From an uncultured Gammaproteobacteria bacterium (GTDB lineage Bacteria; Patescibacteriota; Microgenomatia; Levybacterales; GWA1-39-11): a stretch of DNA of 64,000 nt. The stretch covers positions 144,945-208,944 of the forward strand of contig CAZHDZ010000001.1 in the NCBI GenBank assembly GCA_964531275.1, written 5' to 3'. The number at the start of each line of letters is the position of its first letter. The stretch's first letter is position 1. Below are positions 48,906 to 59,176 of this stretch, piece by piece. The position numbers and the translations under genes were made by a program. The notes beneath the pieces were generated by a model. It had not been told where the DNA came from. It ran no database searches and saw nothing but the letters and a program-made list of their open reading frames with translations.

Positions 48906-49460
48906 ATGGGAAAAGTCAAAAGAAGATTAAGTGCCATATTACTGGAAGCTATATGCGCTAAGCTTCGTTGTGCAGGATATGTGCCGCTACATCACTATAG
49001 AAGATTTATCTATAGACTTTTTGGTGTGCAGATAGGTAGAGGCTCTACTATACACATGTTTGCAAGTTTTTATAATCCATTTAATATAAAAATTGGCATC
49101 GACACAATTATTGGAGAATGGTCAGTTCTTGATGGGCGAGCACCTTTGGTAATAGGAAACCATGTTGATATCGCTTCAAACGTAATGATTTATAACGCGG
49201 AGCATGACATACATTCAAAAGATTTTACAAAAGCTCGAATGGAAAAAGTTATTATTGAGGATTACGTTTTTATAGGCCCCCGTGCTATTATTTTGCCTGG
49301 CGTAACAATAGGGCGTGGTAGTGTTGTTGCTGCTGGGGCAGTTGTAACTCGAAGTGTTCCACCACTGACAATTGTTGGCGGTGTACCAGCAAAGGAAATT
49401 AGCACTCGAGAAGAAGGCAGTCTAACTTATAAGCTTGGCAGGGCAGCCTGGTTCCGTTAA
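48906..49460 (+). CDS. Hexapeptide-repeat (LbH) O-acetyltransferase
   Basis: VIIEDYVFIGPRAIILPGVTIGRGSVVAAGAVVT...VGGVPAK. Confidence 0.9.
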   Translation: MGKVKRRLSAILLEAICAKLRCAGYVPLHHYRRFIYRLFGVQIGRGSTIHMFASFYNPFNIKIGIDTIIGEWSVLDGRAPLVIGNHVDIASNVMIYNAEHDIHSKDFTKARMEKVIIEDYVFIGPRAIILPGVTIGRGSVVAAGAVVTRSVPPLTIVGGVPAKEISTREEGSLTYKLGRAAWFR

Positions 49461-49464
49461 AGCT

Positions 49465-50334
49465 ATGCCCTTTTCATTTATCATTCTTACGTATAACTCC
49501 TCCTCATATATAAGAGGCATTTTAGATTCAATTTTTGATATCGCGGGAGACATAATTTCAAAAGGTCAGGCTGAGGTTCTCGTTGTTGATAACGAATCTT
49601 CTGATGATACTTTAAAAATTGCATATGAATATGGCGAAAAGATTCATATCAAACAATCAGGTGGAAATTTAGGATATGCAAAAGGAATAAACAAAGCAGT
49701 AGAGTTTGCAAAAGGAGACTTTTTGGTAATAGTTAACCCTGACGCAAAGCTTCTCGAATTTGAATACGGGAAAATACTGGACACTTTTGAAAGAGACAAA
49801 AAATTAGCTGCAGCAGGGCTTTCTATTCAAAATTTTGAAGGTATTCATGAAGAGACATGTGGAAATTTTTTTAACCCTTTTACATTCCTTTTGTATGCAA
49901 TGGGATTTGAGAAATTGGCAAAAGTGAGGTTTGCCGGACATAAGGTGCAATACGTAGATTTTGTTAGTGGTGGTTTTATTATTTTTCGAAAATCATACTT
50001 TGACGAACTTAAAGGTTATGATGAGGATTATTTCATGTATGTTGAGGATATGGATATTTGCAAGAGGATTTACAAAAAGGGGCTAAAGACAGCCTTTTTA
50101 CCATATGGCAAAATATTACATAAAGGACAAGGTAGTTCTAGCAGACAGTTTGCAATTGTAAATATCTATAAAGGATTAGTCACTTTTTACTCAAAACACT
50201 CTAACTTTTTCGGCTTGCTGTATGTAAAAATCTTGCTTAGAATAAAAGCGGTACTTATAATTTTTATAGGAACTTTCCTTGGTAAAAAGGATACTATCGG
50301 AGCGTATACGAAAGCTTTGAAGGCAATATCATGA
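49465..50334 (+). CDS. GT2 family glycosyltransferase (WbbL-like)
   Basis: IILTYNS, VDNESSD, NLGYAKGIN, VNPDA and YFMYVEDMD motifs; ATG at 49465 preferred. Confidence 0.88.
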   Translation: MPFSFIILTYNSSSYIRGILDSIFDIAGDIISKGQAEVLVVDNESSDDTLKIAYEYGEKIHIKQSGGNLGYAKGINKAVEFAKGDFLVIVNPDAKLLEFEYGKILDTFERDKKLAAAGLSIQNFEGIHEETCGNFFNPFTFLLYAMGFEKLAKVRFAGHKVQYVDFVSGGFIIFRKSYFDELKGYDEDYFMYVEDMDICKRIYKKGLKTAFLPYGKILHKGQGSSSRQFAIVNIYKGLVTFYSKHSNFFGLLYVKILLRIKAVLIIFIGTFLGKKDTIGAYTKALKAIS

Positions 50335-53300
50335 AATTAGTCAATAAGATTTTTAAGAATGCGCTTCCAATAATTACATTACTTTTATTGCTCTTTATTC
50401 CTCTTTATCCAAAGCTTCCTTTGATAGATATAAAAAATACATGGGTTTATATTAGGTTCGAGGATTTTCTTGTGCTTTTTGCTATATTTTTTTGGTTCAT
50501 TTTATTGCTTCGCCGTGAGGTTACTTTAAAGACTCCGCTTACCATACCCATCTTGGCGTTTTGGATAATAGGTGCAATTGTCACGATGCATGGGGTAGTT
50601 ATTATTTTCCCAACAATTGCCACAGTTTTTCCTAATGTTGCTCTTCTTGCGTATCTTCGGCATATAGAGTATTTGTCAGTATTTTTTATAGCTTATTCAG
50701 CAGTTAAGAATAAAAAATTCGTAATGGCTTCAATTTGGACAGTCGTAATAACACTTCTGCTCGTAACCCTATACGGTTTTGGACAGAAGTATTTGTCCTT
50801 TCCTGCTTACCTTACGATGAACGAGGAATATGCAAAAGGAATCCCTATAATAATATCCCCACTTAACAGAATATCTTCAACCTTTGCAGGCCATTACGAT
50901 CTGGCAGCATATTTAGTTCTTATTATTCCAATTCTTGCAAGTCTTATTTTCGGGTTTAAAAGTATTATGGCAAAAGCATTTCTTGCTGTTGTCGCGCTTC
51001 TAGGAGTTGTTCTCCTTTTTATGACAGTATCTCGGGTTTCATTCTTTGTGCTATTTATCGCTTTATTTTTTGTTCTGTGGTTTCAAAAGAGAAAACTTGT
51101 TTTTATATTTCTTCCTTTCATTATTATTGGAGGGCTATTTTTTGCTGTTTCAAATTCTTCGCTTATCGAGAGATTTGGAAGCACAGTAAAGGAGGTTGAT
51201 GTATTAGTCGATGCTCAATCTGGAGCTCCAATAGGACACGTAGAGCTTCAACCACGTAAATATTTTGCCGATAAGACTATCCTTGACGAAAAAATAGAGG
51301 CGACCCCTTCGGGTTTTTTAAGACGTGGACGCATAAAGCTTGAGCCAGATGTTCCGCCACAGCTTTCAAAGTATGCAATTCCGAGAAAAATTGGAATTGT
51401 TCAGGCGAAAATAACTTCGACAGGCGAGACTCTGCCTCAAGGAAGTAGCTATATCAATTTGTCGTTGTCTCCTGTTACCGGTAGAATTAATAGTTTTTTC
51501 TATGAATATCCTCCCAATGAAGCGACTAGCCAGGCACAGCTTCGAATTGTCCCCGGAGACTATTTAGTTAAAAGAGCTTCAGCATATGACCTATCATTCA
51601 CTACAAGATTCCAGGGGGAGTGGCCCCATGCGCTCATGGCTTTTGGAAGGAATATACTTTTCGGAAGTGGATATGGTTCCGTTAGTCTTGCCGTTGATAA
51701 CAACTACTATAGAATGCTTGGAGAGACTGGATTATTGGGAACAACCGCATTTCTTGTGCTGTTTGTAATAACAGGAATCTATATAAGAAAGATGCTTCCT
51801 ACGACGGAGTCTCGTGTAATACGGAGCTTTGCCATGGGTTTTGGCGCTGGTTTGATCGGTCTTTCTCTCAATGCAGTGCTTATAGATGTGTTTGAAGCTT
51901 CCAAGGTAGCTTTTGTTCTTTGGTTGCTAACAGGATTAGTGATAGGAGCCTTATCTCTCAATCAGTCTCGGCATTTCAATACATACAAAGAGCTTTTAAA
52001 AGCTGCATACTCTCCTGCCGCTTTTATTGTTTATTTTCTTCTTCTTACGGTTACTATATTTTCTACGACTTTGGTTACTTATTTTAGTGGTGACGACTTC
52101 ACCTGGTTCAGATGGGCTGCTGATTGCAAATTAGGAAACGACTGTGCAAGTATGCTCTCAACAGTAGCTCATTATTTCCTCAATTCTGATGGCTTTTTCT
52201 ACAGACCCGGAACAAAGACGTACTTCCTACTCATGTACCCTTTGTTTTGGCTAAATCAAGTTATGTACCATTTTGTATCTGTCGCCCTCCATTTTGTCGT
52301 AGTAATCCTGCTATATCAACTTGCAAGAAAGATATTTAAGAACGAAATATTGGCAGCTGGTAGTGCTTTTTTATTCCTCATATTAAGTAGTTATCTTGAA
52401 GTAGTTCTTTGGGTTGCAGGTACAGGCCATCTATTCAATGCTGTTTTCATTTTGGCAAGCCTGCTGCTTTTTATTAAATGGGATGAGTCAAAGAACAAAT
52501 TTTATCTTGTTGGAAGTCTTGCGGCAGCGCTTTTATCTGTTGCTTTCCATGAGCTTGGAATAATAACTCCGTTCCTTGCAATTGCATATAAAATTTCTAT
52601 TGCACCAATTGGACTTAAATCATGGCTCAGCCTTGTAAGGGATAAAATATATCTGCTGTTATTTACTCCAGTCATTTTATACCTTCTGATAAGGTACTTT
52701 TCGCATACACATTGGTTCAATGGAGACTACTCTTACAATATCTGGAAATTTCCATTCAATGCTATTGGTAATTCATTTGGATACGCACTCATATCAGCAT
52801 TTGGTCCACTTACTTATCCTGTGTACGAAAAAGTAAGGGATATTCTAAAAACAAATATTCCATTTGCATTAATTTTTGGAATTACAATTATTGCAGTCTT
52901 ATATTTAGTAACACGGTTTGTTTCAAAGCGACTTGATACGCAATCAAAGAAGGTTATTATATTTGCAATTTTGTTTTTCGTAGTATGTCTTATTCCATTT
53001 CTAGGACTTGGGAATATCACATTCAGATATTCATATCTTGCATCTTTCGGAATAGTTATGATACTTATGCTTTGCGTTAATAAGTTATATCAATACTTAT
53101 TTTCTTATGGTCGAGACATAGCGCTTTTTGTAGTAATAGTGATATTTTCAGTATTTAGCTTGGTTCACATAATTCAGGCACAGCAAACAATGATTGAATG
53201 GCGTGGCGCTGGAGGTAGAGTTGAGAAATTTTTAAATTCACTAGACTCCTTATATGAAGATTCATGGTCTCATAATAAAGTTGACTTATACTTTACAAAT

Positions 53301-53516
53301 GTGCCGCTTAAAAACGGAAATGCATGGATTTTTCCAGTGGGACTTGATGATTCTGTTTGGTTTGCTTTTAAAAATAACAATATCGTAACGCACCAGGTTG
53401 CGACCTCTGCTGAGATTCCAAAAGCAATATTTCAGACTCCAACAAGTTGGGTATTCGAGTTTCAGGAGGATGGTAGTCTTAGGAGAGTTTATTTGGAGGA
53501 AAAGCAAAATGATTAA
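50331..53516 (+). CDS. O-antigen ligase/polymerase (WaaL/Wzy-like) fused to a GT-C domain
   Basis: N-half: RISSTFAGHYDLAAYL, TVSRVSF, LFGSGYG, DNNYYRMLGETGLLG. C-half from about 52000: YFSGDDF, FYRPG, LHFVVV, FHE, RYSYLAS. Confidence 0.75.
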   Translation: MKLVNKIFKNALPIITLLLLLFIPLYPKLPLIDIKNTWVYIRFEDFLVLFAIFFWFILLLRREVTLKTPLTIPILAFWIIGAIVTMHGVVIIFPTIATVFPNVALLAYLRHIEYLSVFFIAYSAVKNKKFVMASIWTVVITLLLVTLYGFGQKYLSFPAYLTMNEEYAKGIPIIISPLNRISSTFAGHYDLAAYLVLIIPILASLIFGFKSIMAKAFLAVVALLGVVLLFMTVSRVSFFVLFIALFFVLWFQKRKLVFIFLPFIIIGGLFFAVSNSSLIERFGSTVKEVDVLVDAQSGAPIGHVELQPRKYFADKTILDEKIEATPSGFLRRGRIKLEPDVPPQLSKYAIPRKIGIVQAKITSTGETLPQGSSYINLSLSPVTGRINSFFYEYPPNEATSQAQLRIVPGDYLVKRASAYDLSFTTRFQGEWPHALMAFGRNILFGSGYGSVSLAVDNNYYRMLGETGLLGTTAFLVLFVITGIYIRKMLPTTESRVIRSFAMGFGAGLIGLSLNAVLIDVFEASKVAFVLWLLTGLVIGALSLNQSRHFNTYKELLKAAYSPAAFIVYFLLLTVTIFSTTLVTYFSGDDFTWFRWAADCKLGNDCASMLSTVAHYFLNSDGFFYRPGTKTYFLLMYPLFWLNQVMYHFVSVALHFVVVILLYQLARKIFKNEILAAGSAFLFLILSSYLEVVLWVAGTGHLFNAVFILASLLLFIKWDESKNKFYLVGSLAAALLSVAFHELGIITPFLAIAYKISIAPIGLKSWLSLVRDKIYLLLFTPVILYLLIRYFSHTHWFNGDYSYNIWKFPFNAIGNSFGYALISAFGPLTYPVYEKVRDILKTNIPFALIFGITIIAVLYLVTRFVSKRLDTQSKKVIIFAILFFVVCLIPFLGLGNITFRYSYLASFGIVMILMLCVNKLYQYLFSYGRDIALFVVIVIFSVFSLVHIIQAQQTMIEWRGAGGRVEKFLNSLDSLYEDSWSHNKVDLYFTNVPLKNGNAWIFPVGLDDSVWFAFKNNNIVTHQVATSAEIPKAIFQTPTSWVFEFQEDGSLRRVYLEEKQND

Positions 53517-54981
53517 GAAAATTTCAGAGTCTAAATGGATAATAATAATGTTTTTAGTTCTGTTTACTTTTCTAGGTTTTATTTTTCGTCTATACAAATT
53601 AGACAACCCAATAGCGGATTGGCACTCGTGGAGGCAAGCAGATACAGCAGCAGTCTCAAGAAACTTTATTAAAGATGGATTTAACCCTCTTTATCCTCAA
53701 TATGATGCTTTAAATCCGCTCAATGAAATCGGACATAATCCACAAAGATACTTCTTTGCGGAATTTCCCCTATATAACATAATCACTTACTATGCGTATC
53801 TTAATTTTGGAATTGATGAACGTTATGCACGAGCAATAAGCGCAATCTTTGCATCACTCACGATCCCTGTGCTTTATCTATTGGCCTCTCGTTATTCTAA
53901 TAAACGTGTTGCCCTGGCATCTTCCTTTTTCTTTGCCGTGCTTCCTTATAACGTATATTACGGTAGGGTGATTATGGCAGATCCGTTATATATATTCTTT
54001 GGTGTATCTGCATTGTATCTTGCTTCAAAATGGATTGAGAAAAATAACATTTTTTTCATGGTACTCGCAAGTATTTCTTTTGCACTCGCCATTCTTACAA
54101 AACCCTACGCTTTAGTTCTTCTTCTTCCTCTTGCATACCTAATTATTAGAAGATGGAAGCTGAAGGCGATTACCACATGGACGATCTACATATATCTTGC
54201 GATTGCAATTATTCCTTTTCTTCTGTGGAGACATCACATCAATCAGTACCCGGAAGGCATGTTTGGTACTGAGTGGTTGTATAACCAGGGTAACATTCGT
54301 TTTACCGGTGCTTATTTTAGGTGGCTTATTTTTGAGCGTATGAACAAACTTATATTTGCAACTGGAGGGTTTGTATTGGTTTTTCTGGGAATAGTAAGAT
54401 CAACATCAAAGAAAGAAGGGTATTTTTATCTTTTATGGCTTGCTGCAATTTTAGGGTTTTTTGTCGTAATTGCACGAGGAAATGTAACACACGATTACTA
54501 TCAATTGCCTATCGTACCCATAGGATGCATTCTTATGGCATTGGGTTTCGATTACCTCATAACTCATGGACAGAGCTATGTTAATAGAGCCTTAAATATA
54601 GGTATTGCCTTGTCTTTGGTTGTACTTATGCTTGCCTTCGGCTGGTATGAGGTGAGGGGCTATTACAACATAAATCATCCAGAAATAGTTGAAGCTGGAA
54701 AGGCGGTAGACCGGTTATTGCCAAAAGACGCTATTGTTATTGCTCCCTACGATAATGATTCCGCATTTTTATACCAAACAAATAGGCATGGCTATACATT
54801 CGGAGGAGATAAGGTTGAGAAATACATGCTTGAAGGTGCTACTCATTTAGTTTCGGTTAATTTTGACGATGTAACGAATTTTTGGATGCAAAAATGCGAT
54901 ATAGTTGAAAAAACATCCTCATATGTCATTGTCGATCTTAGACTTTGCAAGCAAGATGGAAAGGTATTGTCCTCACTATGA
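53509..54981 (+). CDS. ArnT/PMT-like GT-C glycosyltransferase
   Basis: DWHSWRQADTAAVSRNF, EFPLYN, LTKP and HDYYQ motifs; the ATG at 53509 has GGAGG upstream. Confidence 0.82.
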   Translation: MIKKISESKWIIIMFLVLFTFLGFIFRLYKLDNPIADWHSWRQADTAAVSRNFIKDGFNPLYPQYDALNPLNEIGHNPQRYFFAEFPLYNIITYYAYLNFGIDERYARAISAIFASLTIPVLYLLASRYSNKRVALASSFFFAVLPYNVYYGRVIMADPLYIFFGVSALYLASKWIEKNNIFFMVLASISFALAILTKPYALVLLLPLAYLIIRRWKLKAITTWTIYIYLAIAIIPFLLWRHHINQYPEGMFGTEWLYNQGNIRFTGAYFRWLIFERMNKLIFATGGFVLVFLGIVRSTSKKEGYFYLLWLAAILGFFVVIARGNVTHDYYQLPIVPIGCILMALGFDYLITHGQSYVNRALNIGIALSLVVLMLAFGWYEVRGYYNINHPEIVEAGKAVDRLLPKDAIVIAPYDNDSAFLYQTNRHGYTFGGDKVEKYMLEGATHLVSVNFDDVTNFWMQKCDIVEKTSSYVIVDLRLCKQDGKVLSSL

Positions 54982-56150
54982 ACGTTTTGTTTGTAACATA
55001 TGATTTTCCTTATCCAACTAATTCAGGTGGAAAAAATAGAGCTTACCATCTAATAAAGCATACGGCATCAAAAGCTAATATTTTCCTTTTTTCTTTTGTT
55101 CGTGATGACTATAATCCTGAGCATAATGAAGAGCTGATAAAAATTGGAATAAAGGGAATAAAGGTTGTTAAGAGAAAAAAACTGTCTTCATTTTCAAATT
55201 TTCCTAAAACCCTCCTACATAATTCCTCAATATTTAAAACTTTGTATTTCAGTAAAGATATTTTGCAGGATATTGAGGATTTTATTAAAAAAGAAAAAAT
55301 TGATGTTGTCCACTTCGAATCTTCCTATACGGGCTACTACATAGGTAAAGAATTAAAAAAGCTAGGCGTAAGGCAAGTACTAGGCACCGAAAATATTGAG
55401 TTTAGGCTTTATTTTGACTACGCAAAATCCTTTAAAAAACCAATAGTAAGACCATTTATTTCTTACCAGGCAAACAGATTAAAAAATGAGGAATTGGGGA
55501 TGGTGGTTGGAGCAGACTCTGTCACAACAATAACTCAGGAGGAGGCAGACTTCTTAAAGGTTTTGACAAAAGTTACATCTTCAGTAGTTGCAAACGGAAT
55601 CGAGCCTTCCACATATTCTTATAAGTATGATAGATCAATTAAAAAAAACATTCTTTTTGTTGGGAATTTTAGTTATTTTCCAAATGTCGAAGCTGTTGAG
55701 TTTTTCTACAATGAAGCGTTCCCTAAATTGAGAGATGATATTACGCTTACTATTATTGGAAAAAATTGTAAAGACAAATTCCATTTTGAGGATAAACGCA
55801 TTATTATGAAAGATTTTGTAGAAGATATAATTACAGAATATAGAAATGCAGACGCCTTAGTATTTCCAATTCGCATTGGAGGAGGTACAAATTTTAAAGT
55901 TCTTGAGGCAATGTCTTTGGGGGTACCAATAATTGCTCAACCGGAGCGACTTTCGGGATTACGAGCAGTGCCCGGCGAACACTTTCTCAGCGCTATAACC
56001 GGTCAAGAATATGCTGAACAAATTAATGTACTATATGCGGATGGGAAATTAAGAGAGAAATTAGCGGTTAATGCAAGAACGTTAATAGATAAATATTATT
56101 CATGGGAAAAAATTGGCCAAAGCCTTCTTAACGTATGGACATCTCAATAA
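54978..56150 (+). CDS. GT4 glycosyltransferase
   Basis: FPYPTNSGGKNR, FVGNFSYFPNVEA and GGGTNFKVLEAM motifs; ATGA overlap at 54978. Confidence 0.88.
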   Translation: MNVLFVTYDFPYPTNSGGKNRAYHLIKHTASKANIFLFSFVRDDYNPEHNEELIKIGIKGIKVVKRKKLSSFSNFPKTLLHNSSIFKTLYFSKDILQDIEDFIKKEKIDVVHFESSYTGYYIGKELKKLGVRQVLGTENIEFRLYFDYAKSFKKPIVRPFISYQANRLKNEELGMVVGADSVTTITQEEADFLKVLTKVTSSVVANGIEPSTYSYKYDRSIKKNILFVGNFSYFPNVEAVEFFYNEAFPKLRDDITLTIIGKNCKDKFHFEDKRIIMKDFVEDIITEYRNADALVFPIRIGGGTNFKVLEAMSLGVPIIAQPERLSGLRAVPGEHFLSAITGQEYAEQINVLYADGKLREKLAVNARTLIDKYYSWEKIGQSLLNVWTSQ

Positions 56151-57013
56151 TCATAGTTGCGTATAATTCAGAGCAAACAATCAGAGATTGCATAGATTCT
56201 GTTATTGGGACCGTAAAAAAACACAGCTTTGAAATACTAATATCGGATAATAGCCGGAACAATAATACAAAGGAATTAGTGGAAGGACATTACGGAAAAA
56301 ATGTCATTTATTTTCAAAATGAAGACAATCTAGGCTTTTCAAAAGGAAATAATAGGGCAGTTGTGAAATCAAAAGGAACGTATGTCCTTTTCTTAAACCC
56401 TGATACAAAGGCATACGCAGGAACTATTGATGGAATGCTGGATTTTATGCAGCAAAATCCTAAGTGTGGAATATCTACCTGTTTTGTCGAATTGCCAGAT
56501 GGATCTTTGGACGACTCCTCTCACCGAGGATTCCCGACGCCCTGGAGAGCACTTATGCACTTTACCGGTATGTCAAAAGTTTTTCCTGCGAGCAAGTTGT
56601 TTGGGGGATATAACTTAACATATCTTGATATAACAAAAACGCACGAAATTGAGGCAGCAGCCGGATCTTTTATGCTCGTTCCGCGTACAGTAGGAGATGA
56701 AATTGGTTGGTGGGATGAAGATTATTTTTTCTATGGTGAGGATATAGATTTTTGTTATACCGTCAAAAATCGAGGTTATGCAGTGTATTTTGTCCCTGAG
56801 TTTAGAGCTTTGCACATGAAAGGAATTTCTAGCGGGATTAAGAAAGTTTCACAAAATGTAACAAAGGCAAGTGCGGAGACCAGAAAATTTGCTACACATC
56901 ATAGATTTAGGGCAATGGAAATTTTTTACGACAAACACTACAAAGATAAATATCCATTTCTTGTAACCCTTCTCGTGAAGGCTGGGATAAAATTTAAAAG
57001 AAAGATTGCATAG
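56135..57013 (+). CDS. GT2 glycosyltransferase (WbbL-like)
   Basis: IIVAYNS, NLGFSKGNN, LNPDT, RGFPTP and YFFYGEDIDFC motifs. Confidence 0.9.
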   Translation: MDISIIIVAYNSEQTIRDCIDSVIGTVKKHSFEILISDNSRNNNTKELVEGHYGKNVIYFQNEDNLGFSKGNNRAVVKSKGTYVLFLNPDTKAYAGTIDGMLDFMQQNPKCGISTCFVELPDGSLDDSSHRGFPTPWRALMHFTGMSKVFPASKLFGGYNLTYLDITKTHEIEAAAGSFMLVPRTVGDEIGWWDEDYFFYGEDIDFCYTVKNRGYAVYFVPEFRALHMKGISSGIKKVSQNVTKASAETRKFATHHRFRAMEIFYDKHYKDKYPFLVTLLVKAGIKFKRKIA

Positions 57014-57015
57014 TT

Positions 57016-58113
57016 ATGGCAAAAAAGATTGGTATAGATGGAAGGCTTTGGAATGAAAGTGGCGTTGGTCGCTACATACGTAATTTAGTTTTGGGGATTG
57101 ATGCAGCCAAGACAGAAGACTCCTATTTTATCTTCTTAACTCAGGAGACATATGGCAAAGTTATGTTCAAGAACCCTAAATTTACAAAGGTTTTATCAAA
57201 TTCTCGCTGGCATACTGTTTCAGAACAATGGAAATTTAAGGAGGAAATAGAAAGGGAGAATCTGGACCTAATGCATTTTACTTATTTTTCCTATCCTATT
57301 CTTTACAACAGACCATTTGTTATTACTATTCACGATTTGATAATTGACCATTTTCCGACTGGGGTCGCAAGTTCCCTGCCTGCACCAATTTATAAGCTAA
57401 AGCACTTCGGATACAAAAGAATAGTTGCTTCTTCGGTAAATAATGCCAAAAAAATTATTGTTCCATCTGTTGCAACAAAAGACGAGCTCATTGATCATTA
57501 CAAGGCAAAGCCTTCAAAGATTGAAGTTATATATGAAGGGTTTGATGCAGCCATTTCTGGCGGAAAAGGTGGAAAGCTTGTAACCAACAAGGATTTTATT
57601 TTATATGTTGGTAATGCGTATCCTCATAAAAACTTGTCTGTGCTCTTTAAAGCGTTTTCCAAATTAAGAAAAAACTATGATCAGATTGAGCTTGTGTGTA
57701 TCGGTCGTAAAGACTTTTTCTATGACAGAATTCAAAGTGAGGCACCAGAGGGTATTCATTTTCTGAACAATGTTGATGATGCTGCACTTTTCGACTATTA
57801 TAAGAGCGCAAGTCTCTTTGTGATGCCAAGTCTTATGGAAGGATTTGGATTGCCCCTTCTTGAAGCTATGAGTCTTTCGCTTCCTGTTATTAGTTCTGAT
57901 ACTCCTGCTCTAAGAGAAATTGGTGGGGATGCTGTCCTCTATTTTCACCCACATGATTCAGATGAGTTGGAAGAAAAGATAACTATTTTGCTTAGTGATA
58001 AGAAGCTTAGCGCAAAATTAATAGAAAATGGGCAAATGCGATCCCGCAAATTTTTGTGGCAAGAGGCAGTCAGCAAGACAATAAAAGTATATGAAAGTTG
58101 CAATAGTGTATGA
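57016..58113 (+). CDS. GT4 glycosyltransferase (MtfB-like)
   Basis: IDGR...GVGRY, TIHDLI, YVGNAYPHKNL and EGFGLPLLEAM motifs. Confidence 0.9.
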   Translation: MAKKIGIDGRLWNESGVGRYIRNLVLGIDAAKTEDSYFIFLTQETYGKVMFKNPKFTKVLSNSRWHTVSEQWKFKEEIERENLDLMHFTYFSYPILYNRPFVITIHDLIIDHFPTGVASSLPAPIYKLKHFGYKRIVASSVNNAKKIIVPSVATKDELIDHYKAKPSKIEVIYEGFDAAISGGKGGKLVTNKDFILYVGNAYPHKNLSVLFKAFSKLRKNYDQIELVCIGRKDFFYDRIQSEAPEGIHFLNNVDDAALFDYYKSASLFVMPSLMEGFGLPLLEAMSLSLPVISSDTPALREIGGDAVLYFHPHDSDELEEKITILLSDKKLSAKLIENGQMRSRKFLWQEAVSKTIKVYESCNSV

Positions 58114-59176
58114 CAGGGTTAATAAGATAGGTGGAGCCGAGAGGGTTCTTGAATCTATAAAAGATCTTTTTCCTGATTCAGTGCTTTTTACCTCAGTTTT
58201 TGATAGTAAAAGAGCGCCTTGGTCGAAAAAATTCACTATCAAAACTTCATTTCTACAGCGCCTTCCTTTCCTGAAAAACCACCACGAATTAATACCATAT
58301 CTTATGCCTATGGCATTTGAATCATTCAGATTCGATGAATTTGAATTAGTTCTATCTGTGACTAGTGAAGCATCAAAAGGTGTGATTGTTCCTCCAAATG
58401 TCAACCATGTTTGCATTTGTCTAACACCAACGAGGTATTTATGGAGTGGATATGATGAGTATTTTAAAAATTCAGTGCTACGTTTTTTAGCGAAGCCTGC
58501 AATTTGGTATTTAAAAAAATGGGATATTCTTGCTTCAAAAAGGCCTGATGATATCATTGCTATATCAAAAACCGTCCAAGATCGAATTAGTAAATATTAC
58601 AAGAGAGATAGTGAAATAATCTACCCACCTTCTGATAGATTATTCAGAGACAAACATAAAGTTATTGCAATAGATGAAAAAAATTACTTTTTGGTGGTTT
58701 CTCGCTTAGTGGATTATAAAAGAGTTGATTTGGCAGTTCGTGCATGCACCAAGTTAAAATTGCCACTTGTAGTTGTAGGTGAAGGCTCAGAAATGGAACG
58801 ACTGGAGGCAATAGCCGGAGATACGATTGTATTTAAGGGAAAGGTTGACGAAGAGAATCTTATCTCCTACTACAATAATTGTCGTGCACTAATATTCCCT
58901 GGTATAGAGGATTTTGGAATAACCATGGTCGAGGTGCAATTGGCAGGAAAACCTGTTATCGCACTTAAAAAGGGTGGAGCAAGTGAAATTGTTATTGAAG
59001 GTAAAACAGGCACCTTTTTTACAAAGCAAAACGTGCAAGCTCTATGTGATGTCTTGATAAATTTTGACGACAATCGTTATAATGGGAAGGAATGTCAAAA
59101 GAATGCTAGGCGTTTTTCTGAACAAAAGTTCAGAACGAGCCTTCTTTCATTTTTAAAGAGACACAAATATATATGA
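58091..59176 (+). CDS. GT4 glycosyltransferase (WbaZ-like mannosyltransferase)
   Basis: GGAERVL, LTPTRYLW, VSRLVDYKRVDL and EDFGITMVE motifs. Confidence 0.88.
   Translation: MKVAIVYDRVNKIGGAERVLESIKDLFPDSVLFTSVFDSKRAPWSKKFTIKTSFLQRLPFLKNHHELIPYLMPMAFESFRFDEFELVLSVTSEASKGVIVPPNVNHVCICLTPTRYLWSGYDEYFKNSVLRFLAKPAIWYLKKWDILASKRPDDIIAISKTVQDRISKYYKRDSEIIYPPSDRLFRDKHKVIAIDEKNYFLVVSRLVDYKRVDLAVRACTKLKLPLVVVGEGSEMERLEAIAGDTIVFKGKVDEENLISYYNNCRALIFPGIEDFGITMVEVQLAGKPVIALKKGGASEIVIEGKTGTFFTKQNVQALCDVLINFDDNRYNGKECQKNARRFSEQKFRTSLLSFLKRHKYI
59054..59083 (+). promoter_or_regulatory. Candidate internal promoter for manC and the sugar transferase
   Basis: TTGATA-18 nt-TATAAT inside the 3' end of the GT4 gene, about 90 nt before manC. 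Confidence 0.4.

Noticed and set aside
53398-53508. Long upstream extensions in the ORF track (53398, 54945, 49435, 29295, 47782)
   Set aside because: Downstream ATGs fit stop/start coupling, an RBS or paralog alignment better.
58018-58557. 179-aa antisense ORF and the many other 60-140 aa shadow ORFs (e.g. 3052-3447, 44773-45183, 62782-63204)
   Set aside because: They overlap well-supported genes, have no recognisable motifs and are expected by chance.
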